Assembly: GCF_001194135.2 (NCBI RefSeq)
Contig: NC_068982.1
Span: 103,058,952 to 103,122,951 of the forward strand
Length of the DNA stretch: 64,000 nucleotides
From: Octopus bimaculoides
Taxonomy: Eukaryota
Direction of reading: 5' to 3'
Part shown: positions 63,271 to 64,000 of the stretch, piece after piece
Position numbering within the stretch: position 1 is the first letter of the stretch
Layout of the letters: every line of letters begins with the position of its first letter
Made by a program: the position numbers and the translations under genes
Notes under the pieces: generated by a model
Told to the model about the DNA's origin: nothing
The model's input: only the letters and a program-made list of their open reading frames with translations
Databases searched by the model: none

Positions 63271-63646
63271 GTGGAGGCGCAATGGCCCAGTGGTTAGGGC
63301 AGCAGACTCGCAATCATAGGATCGCGGTTTCAATTCCCAGACCGGGCATTGTGAGTGTTATTGAGCGAAAACACCTAAAGCTCCACGAGGCTCCGGCAGA
63401 GGATGGTGGCGAACCCTGCTGTACTCTTTCACCACAACTTTCTCTCACTCTTACTTCCTGTTTCTGTTGTGCCTGTAATTCACAGCGTGTCACACTGTGT
63501 CACGCTGAATATCCCGAGAACTACGTTAAGGGTACACGTTTCTGTGGAGTACTCAGCCACTTGCACGTTAATTTCACAGGCAGGCTGTTCTGTTGATCGG
63601 ATCAACTGGGACCCTCGACGTCGTAAGCGACGGAGTGCCAACAACA
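63271..63646 (+). mobile_element. Full-length SINE family K with 11-bp TSD
   Basis: TSD GCAATCAAATT at 63260-63270 and 63647-63657; A and B boxes; CpG-rich. Confidence 0.92.
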
Positions 63647-64000
63647 GCAATCAAATTAAAGATAAATATAACCGAGTCAAAGTGACAAATGAGAATTGAG
63701 TTATTAAATGCATTTTTTTCATACATTTAGATAGAGAAGGAAAAGATCTCGTCATCATCAAAAATAATTTTCATAATTATGTTGAAATTCTGCATATTTA
63801 CATATCTTTGCATAAGATATTTCCTAAGCCAATCTTTGTTTTTGTTAGTTAAAAATATTTGTATGTGTTCTATTCAATGATCACATTAAAATAATAATTC
63901 AGTTGCACACATATATAGTGTTCTCTATATTCTTGTATTATTTTAAGAAACTCTCTTTGCATTCAGTACCAAGGGAATATGAGTTTATTCTAAAATTCAG

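Noticed and set aside
63271-63345. tRNA gene
   Set aside because: A/B boxes are present but there is no complete cloverleaf; it is a SINE head within a TSD-flanked element

Overview
AT-rich, repeat-saturated eukaryotic scaffold with seven N gaps. The SINE, RTE and mariner repertoire resembles what I recall for octopus genomes; this is inference, not a database result. No complete protein-coding gene can be supported, and nearly all listed ORFs are microsatellite, SINE, gap or decayed-transposon artefacts. Identifiable content: RTE-clade LINE fragments of two families, an L1/Tx1-like LINE 3' end, two Penelope-like (PLE) remnants (RT and GIY-YIG), two mariner transposons plus a mariner MITE, a Helitron 3' end, TTAA-type MITEs, and several tRNA-derived SINE families, including same-orientation pile-ups. 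The most notable signal is a ~220-bp fold-back element in (TA)n at 107-327. It carries two inverted copies of a minimal type-I hammerhead ribozyme motif with a palindromic helix III. A second fold-back with similar architecture but unrelated sequence sits inside a SINE at 14060-14281. A few isolated exon-like segments suggest a host gene with long introns, but it cannot be identified.
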